From contig CAYLKA010000001.1 of the NCBI GenBank assembly GCA_964384125.1, positions 18,616 through 82,615 on the forward strand: a stretch of DNA of 64,000 nucleotides, given 5' to 3'. Source of the DNA: an uncultured Gammaproteobacteria bacterium. GTDB lineage: Bacteria > Pseudomonadota > Gammaproteobacteria > Steroidobacterales > Rariloculaceae. The notes under the pieces were generated by a model. It saw only the letters and a list, made by a program, of their open reading frames with translations, was not told the origin of the DNA and searched no databases. Positions 47,657 to 55,080 of this stretch are shown piece after piece (within the stretch, counting starts at the first letter, position 1; each line of letters opens with the position of its first letter). The translations under genes were made by a program, and so were the position numbers.

Positions 47657-48463
47657 CTATCCCTTATCTGGGCCCTTATCGATCACGCTTAGTGGCGTGT
47701 CGGTGACTTCTACGAGCAGAGTAGTGAGGCAGCTCGCGAGGTGACTCAGGTAGATCGCGCCGAGTTTGGCATCTGCCCTTGTGGCGTCTCCACATACACC
47801 GGCTGGATTCAGATCCTGGCTCATCCAGCCAAAGCCGACAGGGTTTTCTGCACCCAATAAAGTGTTTTGATCCGCCATTGCACCGGATATGCCCGTGAAA
47901 TTATCTAGAGCATCTCTGCGAACGAGGTCAGGTCGTATATGTAGTATTAAGGATGTCTCAAGAAGTCCACCGTGCAGATCCTGCGAGAGATCTTCTTCAT
48001 CGAAGAGTCCCGGCGGTGTGCCAAAGGCAAAATAATTGGCGCGAACTACGAACATTTTCCGCTCTACGCGTAGTTGCAGTGCTGCAAGGTCCACCAATGC
48101 CGTTTGACCCCCGTGGCTGTTGAACACCACGAGTTTTCTAATGCCGCTGTGCGAGACGCTAGTGCCGATTGCCTTCCAGGCCGAAAGAAGCGTGTCGGCA
48201 TCGATACTGAGGGTGCCCGGAAAAGCGGTGTGCTCAAGGCTGCTGCCGACGGTCATGGCTGGCAGCACCAGTACGGCGCAATGTTCCGGCAACAGTTTCA
48301 AGCATTCCGAGACGATGGCTTCGTTGATGAGTGCATCCGTAGCCAATGGCAGGTGCGGACCGTGTTGCTCGATGGCGGCTACGGGAAGCAATGCGATCGT
48401 GCCCTCTGGACTCAATCGTAAGAAATCGCTCGTCGTGAAATCTTGCCAATATCCGCTTGCCAT
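47657..48463 (-). CDS. Creatininase-family amidohydrolase
   Basis: Family motif LPVAAIEQHGPHLPLATD and downstream FNSHGGQ. Confidence 0.85.
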   Translation of the reverse strand: MASGYWQDFTTSDFLRLSPEGTIALLPVAAIEQHGPHLPLATDALINEAIVSECLKLLPEHCAVLVLPAMTVGSSLEHTAFPGTLSIDADTLLSAWKAIGTSVSHSGIRKLVVFNSHGGQTALVDLAALQLRVERKMFVVRANYFAFGTPPGLFDEEDLSQDLHGGLLETSLILHIRPDLVRRDALDNFTGISGAMADQNTLLGAENPVGFGWMSQDLNPAGVCGDATRADAKLGAIYLSHLASCLTTLLVEVTDTPLSVIDKGPDKG

Positions 48464-48475
48464 GTCTTTTTTTAT

Positions 48476-49102
48476 TCAGTGCCTGCGCGCTTCGAACTCG
48501 ATGATTATCTCGACCGTGTCACCTACCCAGCCGTTCTCGACACCGTAGTTCATATCGTAAGAGCTACGTTGAAAACTTCCGCGCGCCGAAATACCCATTA
48601 CGTACTGCTCATCGCCGAAGGGGTACGTTCCGCTCTTATTCCACGAAACGGTGAGATTTAAGGGTCTGATAAGGCCGAGTAACTCTAGTTCGCCCTCTAC
48701 CTCAAAGGTCATCTCATCGATCGGTCTGGCAGTAGCTCCCGAAAATGTCATCGAAGGGAATTGGCGGACGTTTAGGAAGTCGGCACTTCGCAAATGCGTG
48801 TCCCGTCGCCTGTGATTCGTAAAAATGCTGGCCGTATCCACAACTATTAAGACGTCGGATAGTTGGCCGGTATCTTCATCGAATTGGTATGAGCCGCTTG
48901 CCTCCTGGAAAGAGCCCAGAACCTTCGCGTAGCCAAGATGTTCGACCAGAAAGCCAAGGGCGAGATGCTCCGGGTCTATTTCATACTGTTGGGGTTCTGC
49001 CTGTGCCGCGAACCCGATGAGGACCAAACTGCATAGAGCCATCACCCCCAATCGTGAGGGCTGAAAGCAGATGGCTGTAGTGCGACCAAGGGTTCGAGAC
49101 AT
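48476..49102 (-). CDS. YceI family periplasmic (polyisoprenoid-binding) protein
   Basis: YEIDPEHLALGFLVEHLGYAKVLGSF, RDTHLRSADFLNVRQFPSMTF and LGLIRPLNL match the YceI pattern. The signal peptide fits best from the internal ATG at 49042. Confidence 0.8.
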   Translation of the reverse strand: MSRTLGRTTAICFQPSRLGVMALCSLVLIGFAAQAEPQQYEIDPEHLALGFLVEHLGYAKVLGSFQEASGSYQFDEDTGQLSDVLIVVDTASIFTNHRRRDTHLRSADFLNVRQFPSMTFSGATARPIDEMTFEVEGELELLGLIRPLNLTVSWNKSGTYPFGDEQYVMGISARGSFQRSSYDMNYGVENGWVGDTVEIIIEFEARRH

Positions 49103-49202
49103 TCTTTTCGCTCTTCGTGCAGTTTGGTTGGTTTAGGCTGCTTGTTAGAGCCTATCGCAAGTGTCTACTCTGAGTCGAAGGTGACGTTTTTCGTGCTCGG
49201 CT

Positions 49203-49217
49203 TTAGAACGATTCTAA
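49203..49217. promoter_or_regulatory. Perfect palindrome TTAGAA-cga-TTCTAA (candidate operator), copy 1
   Basis: Read directly in the 337-bp divergent gap between yceI-like (-) and cytochrome c/Vgb paralog B (+). A near-identical 17-mer (CTTTAGAACGAKTCTAA) recurs at 54911-54927. Confidence 0.45.
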
Positions 49218-49439
49218 GCCAAATGACCGGGCGTCATAGCTGGGGAAATCTGCAGAATTGGGCGCCGAAGGCAACTATGGCGTGATCAACGTTATCAAAG
49301 AGGCGCGGATCTGGGCGGCCGATTACGAAGCCGAGTTGATGAGGTGAGTGATCGATGCGGCCACACGAAGGCGAACGAAGCGATATTCGAGTAGACTAAT
49401 TTTCTTGGTTCAGGCTAACCATATCTGCGGGGGAAGAAA

Positions 49440-50681
49440 ATGAGAATTCGAACACTAATAGGGTTTTCGCCAGCGTTGCTCTTGATAGTAGCGTTTCCAT
49501 CAGCCGTCCTGGCTCAGCAGGAATCACCCGCGGTGCAGCTGCCCGAGGGCGAGGCGAAGGCGATAATCGAAGGTACCTGCATTGCGTGCCACGAACTCGA
49601 CTACATCCCGAACTCAAGGGGTAACTCGCACGACGGCTGGGAAGCTTTGATTAGCTCGATGATCGCGCTGCCCGGCGAAGTAAAGGGTTCGATAGTGGGA
49701 TATCTCGCGGAGAATTTTCCCAAGAAACCGGGCACCGACCCGGTGCTAATTCCCGGTCCGGTTGACGTCACCATCACGGAGTGGATAGCGCCAACGCTCG
49801 GTTCACGACCCCACGATCCGCTCGCGTCAGCCGACGGCTCCCTCTGGTGGGCCGGGCAGTACGCGAACAGGCTGGGCCGGGTCGATCCGGCGACTGGCGA
49901 GACACAGGAATTCCCCCTAGACATCGCGAATTCCGGGCCCCACGGCCTGATCGAGGACGGAGAAGGCAACATTTGGTTTACCGGCAACTACCAAAACTAC
50001 ATGGGCAAGCTCGATCCGAAAACGGGGGATGTGACTGAGTACCCTGTGCCGGAGGGTCAGGGCGTCCGCGCTCCGCACACGCCGATCGTCGATCAAGACG
50101 GAATCGTTTGGTACACCACGCCATCGGGGCATGTGGGCAGGCTCGACCCTAAGACAGAGGAAACAACGATTTCGACCGCACCGACCCCCGGAGCGTTTCC
50201 GTATGGCATTGAGATAAATTCGAAAGGGGAGCCCTGGTATGTTGATTTTCGGGGTAACCGGGTCGGAAGCGTCGATCCCTCGACAGGTAAGATCACCGAG
50301 TACGAGCTCCCCCACCCCGACTCTCGTCCTCGGCGCATCACGCTGACGCCAGATGATGCCGTTTGGTATACGGACTACCCTCGCGGCTACCTGGGTCGCT
50401 TCGATCCTGAGACTGGAGAGGTGCAAGAATGGCTATCTCCGAGTGGCACCACCTCTCAGCCGTATGGCATTGCCGCGGTGGGTGACATTATCTGGTATGT
50501 GGAAACCTACTCGCGGCCCAATTCGCTCGTGCGGTTCGATACGAAGACCGAAGAGTTTCAGACCTGGGCAATCCCCTCTGGCGGGGGTGTTGTTCGCCAT
50601 ATGGTAGCAACCGAGGACGGCAATCTCGTACTGGCTTGCAGCGCGGTTAACCGCATCGCCCTGGTAGAGGTAGAGACTTGA
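49440..50681 (+). CDS. Exported fusion of a mono-heme cytochrome c domain and a Vgb-like beta-propeller; paralog B
   Basis: Heme site CIACH. Collinear with 36827..38062 over its full length, with roughly three quarters of residues identical by eye and an almost identical C-terminal block (GGGVVRHM.AT.DGNLVLACSAVNR.ALVE.ET). Confidence 0.8.
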   Translation: MRIRTLIGFSPALLLIVAFPSAVLAQQESPAVQLPEGEAKAIIEGTCIACHELDYIPNSRGNSHDGWEALISSMIALPGEVKGSIVGYLAENFPKKPGTDPVLIPGPVDVTITEWIAPTLGSRPHDPLASADGSLWWAGQYANRLGRVDPATGETQEFPLDIANSGPHGLIEDGEGNIWFTGNYQNYMGKLDPKTGDVTEYPVPEGQGVRAPHTPIVDQDGIVWYTTPSGHVGRLDPKTEETTISTAPTPGAFPYGIEINSKGEPWYVDFRGNRVGSVDPSTGKITEYELPHPDSRPRRITLTPDDAVWYTDYPRGYLGRFDPETGEVQEWLSPSGTTSQPYGIAAVGDIIWYVETYSRPNSLVRFDTKTEEFQTWAIPSGGGVVRHMVATEDGNLVLACSAVNRIALVEVET

Positions 50682-50727
50682 TTCGACTCCGAACGTTAAG
50701 TACGGAAAATAATTTATCTGAGGTTCG

Positions 50728-51447
50728 ATGATGAAATCGAAACATTTACTATGGGGCGTCTTTGCCCTGATGATCGCCGCCTATGCTGCGGAATCCGACT
50801 ACTCCATGCTGCCCATTCTGACCGTGGAAGATATACCGACTGACATTCACCAGAATTCGATGGCCAGGCTTCCGCAGGTAAGAAGAGAGGATCTCGACGC
50901 GATAGGACAAAATGCCTTCGACACCTACGTCAGGCCGGGGACCGGCTACGATACCGGTCTCCGAGGCCCCATCGGCATGTGGATGCACAGTCCGGTGCTA
51001 GCTGAGGCGCTGTTTGATGTCCGCCAGCGCATGCGGTATGGCTCGGCGAAGGATCAAAGACTCACAGAGCTTACGATTATCACAACTGCTCGCGAGATCA
51101 ATAACCAATACGTCTATACGTCCCATGAGCCCGCGGCGAGGAGAAACGGGCTAGAGCAGGAGATCATTGATATCGTTCGGTTTCGCGAGCCGTTGGATGG
51201 CTCGACAGCGGTCGACGGTTTGGGCGAGGTCGAAAGAGTGATCATCCAGTTTACCCGCGAGCTCATCAATGAAGACAAGGTCAGTTCGGAGACGTTTGCC
51301 AGAGCTATAGAGGTGTTCGGCAACGAGGGTGTTATGGATTTGACTGGTTTGATCGCCTATTACCATTTCACTGCGCTGACGATAAAAGCTTTCGACGTGC
51401 AAAGGGCGGTTGGTAGTGATCTGCTACTTCCGGTCAGAGTCGAATAG
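50728..51447 (+). CDS. Exported carboxymuconolactone decarboxylase (AhpD-like) family protein
   Basis: Signal peptide MMKSKHLLWGVFALMIAAYA. CMD-like helices LTELTIITTAREINNQYVYTSHEPAARRNGL and VMDLTGLIAYYHF. Confidence 0.6.
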   Translation: MMKSKHLLWGVFALMIAAYAAESDYSMLPILTVEDIPTDIHQNSMARLPQVRREDLDAIGQNAFDTYVRPGTGYDTGLRGPIGMWMHSPVLAEALFDVRQRMRYGSAKDQRLTELTIITTAREINNQYVYTSHEPAARRNGLEQEIIDIVRFREPLDGSTAVDGLGEVERVIIQFTRELINEDKVSSETFARAIEVFGNEGVMDLTGLIAYYHFTALTIKAFDVQRAVGSDLLLPVRVE

Positions 51448-51525
51448 TCTAATTGCAAGCAAGAGTTAGGATGAGACACGATTGCAGACCCGTATCCCAG
51501 ATAGCCAGCCCCGGAGATAAATTTT

Positions 51526-51981
51526 ATGAGTGAACACAGTATTCCTGCCGAGTTGCCGAGTTGGATCGCTGAGCATGTCGAGCTTTATTTGGAGGATCCC
51601 GAAAAGGCCCATATGTGGGATTCCACGCCCCGCGGGGGTCCGGGCGTGTTGCCCACGTTGCTCTTGACCACGACCGGCCGTAAATCGGGCCTGGCTAGAA
51701 TATTGCCCCTGCTCTACGTGAAAGTGGATGGTGGTTTCGTTGTTATTGCGTCGAAAGGCGGTGCGCCTCAGCACCCAGCTTGGTACCTGAATCTTGTGGA
51801 AACTCCCGCGTGCGAAATTCGTGTTGGGAAGGAACACTACCGGGTAAACGCACGCGTGTCAGAGGGCGAGGAGCGAGCAGAACTCTGGAAGGAGATGGCC
51901 CAGATGTATCCGCCCTATGACGACTATCAGGTGGCAACCAACCGGGAGATTCCGGTGGTTGTGCTGGAGCCTGTCGACTAA
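51526..51981 (+). CDS. Ddn-family deazaflavin-dependent nitroreductase/quinone reductase-like protein (DUF385 type)
   Basis: LLLTTTGRKSGLARILPLLYVKVDGGFVVIASKGGAPQHPAWYLNLVETP ... REIPVVVLEPV is the canonical pattern of this split beta-barrel family. Confidence 0.8.
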   Translation: MSEHSIPAELPSWIAEHVELYLEDPEKAHMWDSTPRGGPGVLPTLLLTTTGRKSGLARILPLLYVKVDGGFVVIASKGGAPQHPAWYLNLVETPACEIRVGKEHYRVNARVSEGEERAELWKEMAQMYPPYDDYQVATNREIPVVVLEPVD

Positions 51982-52007
51982 TCTCCGCCTAACCCAGTTT
52001 GGCAGAC

Positions 52008-52814
52008 TTAGCCCTCGAAGAACGCGAAAACACGTGATTCGATGGACTCTCGTGGTTGCGCGCCGGACTCAGTGCCTTCGACATCCACCGCCGTATGGAT
52101 ACACCATCGCGTGCGCCCGTCTTCGCGGGAATCATAGGTCTTAATCAAAATAGCTTCCTCTGGTGTCATGCGGGGGAAGTAGACCCAGCGTTGCCCTGGA
52201 GAGAAGCGCGCAACGTAGATCTCCCCGATACGATCCTTTGCACGACGTTCGGCTGGGATCAGTACCTCGGGCTCGACCGTCCGAGCGTCGCATAGCGCCA
52301 GGGGGAAGGATTCTACGGTTTGGATAGGTCGCCATACATTGATAATGGCGAACGGCTTGCGCAGCAGCGACTCAGCCTTTTCCCCCATGAGGTCGTTTAG
52401 ACGTTGTGGACCTGAGCGCGGGGTGTAGTCATTGTGGATAACGGTCGTCGGTTCGCGACTACATTTTTCTTCGCGGCGTTGAGGATCTCCTGAGCGCAAA
52501 GTGTGATCGAAAACGTGGGCGCTTGTTGCCCCGGTCGCTTCGATTACGAGCTGACGACACTCGGCTTCATAGATTCGAGACCGTTGATCCACATCGTAAA
52601 CGTTAGGCACCGCGCTCTTGTGTCGAACCAGCCGGAAGCCCTGGAGGTCGAGCCTGAACGTTTCCGGAAGGTCGCGGCCGTTCAAGATCTCCGCTTCGCG
52701 GTCTTCGTAATTCCCCGACAGATCCAGACGCGCCTCGGCGCCGCCTACCGCGGCGCGGTACACTGGCGCGGAACTTTCGCGGGACAGAAAAGTGAGGATT
52801 CCGCGGGTGGTCAA
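52008..52814 (-). CDS. CmcJ/NvfI-family oxidoreductase-like protein
   Basis: VHNDYTPRSGPQR, INVWRPI, FPLALCD and YFPRMTPEEAILIKTYDS match the CmcJ-like pattern as I recall it. TTG start. Confidence 0.65.
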   Translation of the reverse strand: MTTRGILTFLSRESSAPVYRAAVGGAEARLDLSGNYEDREAEILNGRDLPETFRLDLQGFRLVRHKSAVPNVYDVDQRSRIYEAECRQLVIEATGATSAHVFDHTLRSGDPQRREEKCSREPTTVIHNDYTPRSGPQRLNDLMGEKAESLLRKPFAIINVWRPIQTVESFPLALCDARTVEPEVLIPAERRAKDRIGEIYVARFSPGQRWVYFPRMTPEEAILIKTYDSREDGRTRWCIHTAVDVEGTESGAQPRESIESRVFAFFEG

Positions 52815-52866
52815 CGGTTGCGAGGAGCCGCTTCGCTTCCCAGGATCAAATTGGCGAGACGGAGCT

Positions 52867-53310
52867 CTATTGGCCTCGTTGCTCTCGATATTCGCTCAGG
52901 CGCGCTTCGACAATTCGCAGGCGTTCGCCAGCCTGACCGTTTCCACCGCCGACCTCCGAGCCATCGGGCATGGTAATGAACGTCCACTCCACTAGGTTCT
53001 GCCCAAATCGGGACGGGCGCCCAAGGATTCGAATACGGTCTCCAGGCTTGAACTGATCATCTGTCCAGCCTGAGCGCCGAAGGTTGATAATGCTGTCGCC
53101 CTCCGCCATCCAGGACTCCGTTTCCCCTTGCTCGTTGGTGATGTCAAGGTAGATCCGAGAGTGCGGATTGACCGGGCGAAACTCCGTCACTACACCTTCG
53201 ATTTCTACACGCTCATCGACGATGTAATGGGCTGCCGGGTTGTGATGGGCCATCGCAGGCAGCGACACCAGCGCTGCGGTATAAATGAGAGCGAAATTTC
53301 TACCTGTCAT
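52867..53310 (-). CDS. Exported HH/NPH-module protein, short single-domain form; copy 3
   Basis: ORF trimmed to MTGRNFALIYTAALVSLPAMA|HHNPAAHY (ATG 53310). Contains PVNPHSRIYLD, LRRSGWT and ITMPDGSEV. Confidence 0.85.
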   Translation of the reverse strand: MTGRNFALIYTAALVSLPAMAHHNPAAHYIVDERVEIEGVVTEFRPVNPHSRIYLDITNEQGETESWMAEGDSIINLRRSGWTDDQFKPGDRIRILGRPSRFGQNLVEWTFITMPDGSEVGGGNGQAGERLRIVEARLSEYREQRGQ

Positions 53311-53324
53311 TACTACAGTCCTCG

Positions 53325-54200
53325 TTATAGTTCCCCAGAGATCGACTCGCATGGAGCATCCAGGAGGTCGACATCGGGTGTAAAGATTCTAGTACGCTCG
53401 AGCACCAATGGCTCTTGGAACATCACGGGGTCGATCAGAGTGAACTGCATGTGCAGACGTTGACCGTCTTCGCTGAGCGTGTAGCGTTCAATGCTGCTCG
53501 CATAATCTGCGTTATGAATATTCAAAGCGTCTTCCGCAATGTTGGCGGCTACATTGACTGTGTCTACGACGAGAGTAGAGCCTTCGTACCACCCGATTGA
53601 GTGCCCCAAGGGGCTGAGTGGCCCGTTTTCCGGATGATCGCGGCCATCTACGTAGATGATTCGGTCCGACGCCATATCTTCGGTCCGTAAGATGATGCGC
53701 ACCTCGTTTTGGTCAATCAGTATAGGGTCGTTGTGCAGGATAGTTCGGAAGGTTCCGAAGTACTCACACTGGATCGAGGGATCGTCGGCGTGATCGTATC
53801 CCGCAAGATATTCCCTCTGTGTGTCGGTGAAGAGCTCCTGGATGGCTGCCCGATTGTGATTGCTTAACGCCCGTTGAATCTCGTCGGCGGACATATGGTC
53901 GTTCTCGGGTAGTAGTAGCTCTTCCAGCAACTCGTAGGTTTCCTCGGTGCAATTGCAGGCGAAGAGATCCTGGATCGTCCAGCCTGGGTGCTGGATGGCC
54001 GTCACCGTCGTGCTCCACATCCCCCCAAGGGCAGGGGGAGGCGCTTCCTGCGTTCCGGCGAACCCGCCAGGAAATATCAGGCAGCCGCTGACCATGATGC
54101 CGAGGAATCTGTGTTTGGCCGTCTTGGTGACTCCACGCCCTGGAAGTGCGTCGTGGCGCTTAACCGCGGTCAATCCCATCTTTCTGTTAAATGTTTTCAT
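53325..54200 (-). CDS. Stand-alone homolog of the C-terminal domain of the long HH/NPH proteins
   Basis: RIIYVDGRDHPENGPLSPLGHSIGWYEGSTLVVDTVNV ... ERYTLSEDGQRLHMQFTLIDPVMFQEPL aligns with the C-halves of 1180, 33982 and 55081. There is no HH/NPH module. The start is uncertain. Confidence 0.8.
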   Translation of the reverse strand: MKTFNRKMGLTAVKRHDALPGRGVTKTAKHRFLGIMVSGCLIFPGGFAGTQEAPPPALGGMWSTTVTAIQHPGWTIQDLFACNCTEETYELLEELLLPENDHMSADEIQRALSNHNRAAIQELFTDTQREYLAGYDHADDPSIQCEYFGTFRTILHNDPILIDQNEVRIILRTEDMASDRIIYVDGRDHPENGPLSPLGHSIGWYEGSTLVVDTVNVAANIAEDALNIHNADYASSIERYTLSEDGQRLHMQFTLIDPVMFQEPLVLERTRIFTPDVDLLDAPCESISGEL

Positions 54201-54368
54201 AAGCGGATTCTACCCGTATTTCAGGTGTTTGCAGCCCCAACATGCTCGTGCCTACGGAGCCTGAGGTTTTCCGGTAACCGGATCCTCGACCCCTACCCGC
54301 TCATAGGATACGTCTACGCGGGTTCGGTGGCCGTCGGTATCATACTCGAACCGGGCCCGTTTCCCCGT

Positions 54369-54740
54369 CTAGTCGAACTCCTTCTCCGAACCATCGGGCA
54401 TCGTGATGTAACCGAGGAGGCAGCCACGCGAGCCGTCCTTTAAGGGATGACATCTCAACGAAAGACTCTGTCCGATCTGGACGCTGTCCTGGGTCCAGCC
54501 GTCACGCCTGAGGGTCGTCACGCTGGCACCCTCCAGCGCCCAGGCCCTGGATTGACCGTCCGTGTCCACGACGTCGAGATAGATCCAACTGTGTGGGTTC
54601 ATCCAGTGGACTTCGCGCACCGTGCCTTCCAGGGATAGCCACTCCGACTCCACGTAATTGGCGTGGGAATGGTGTGCCCATGCCTGAGTGTTTGCGATCA
54701 GGATCGTTGTTACGATGGCGCTTGTTACTGTGACTTTCAT
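54369..54740 (-). CDS. Exported HH/NPH-module protein, short single-domain form; copy 4
   Basis: ORF trimmed to MKVTVTSAIVTTILIANTQAWA|HHSHANY (ATG 54740, GGAG Shine-Dalgarno sequence upstream). Contains WMNPHSWIYLD, LRRDGWT and CHPLKDGSRGCLLGYITMPDGSE. Confidence 0.9.
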   Translation of the reverse strand: MKVTVTSAIVTTILIANTQAWAHHSHANYVESEWLSLEGTVREVHWMNPHSWIYLDVVDTDGQSRAWALEGASVTTLRRDGWTQDSVQIGQSLSLRCHPLKDGSRGCLLGYITMPDGSEKEFD

Positions 54741-54912
54741 CTCCCTCTCCTCAAAACGATACCGTCGATCAACCTCTAGTTCCCCTCTGGGGCAGACCGG
54801 TGCCGAAACACGCATGATGGAGGTCCTGGCTGCGTTGTTTCGTGCAGCTTTTTGGGTTCCCCAGCCCCCCTGAGTCTACCGCTCTTGCGGCTCTGGCGCG
54901 CCCTTGCGCTCT

Positions 54913-54927
54913 TTAGAACGAGTCTAA
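54913..54927. promoter_or_regulatory. Near-palindrome TTAGAA-cga-GTCTAA (candidate operator), copy 2
   Basis: Read directly in the divergent gap between HH copy 4 (-) and HH copy 5 (+). It matches 49201-49217 at 16 of 17 positions. A degenerate repeat (TTAGAAttagGGTCTTGGCTC) follows at 55001-55021. Confidence 0.45.
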
Positions 54928-55080
54928 TTCTTGGCTCGCAATAAATCGTGTGTCTCGGGCGATTCCGACGGCAAGATGACACTCTGCCTGCTCGAACTGG
55001 TTAGAATTAGGGTCTTGGCTCTGAATCTCCCGTGCTGGGGGAAACACAACAACAAAGAGCGCAGGAAGCGAGGTCATACC

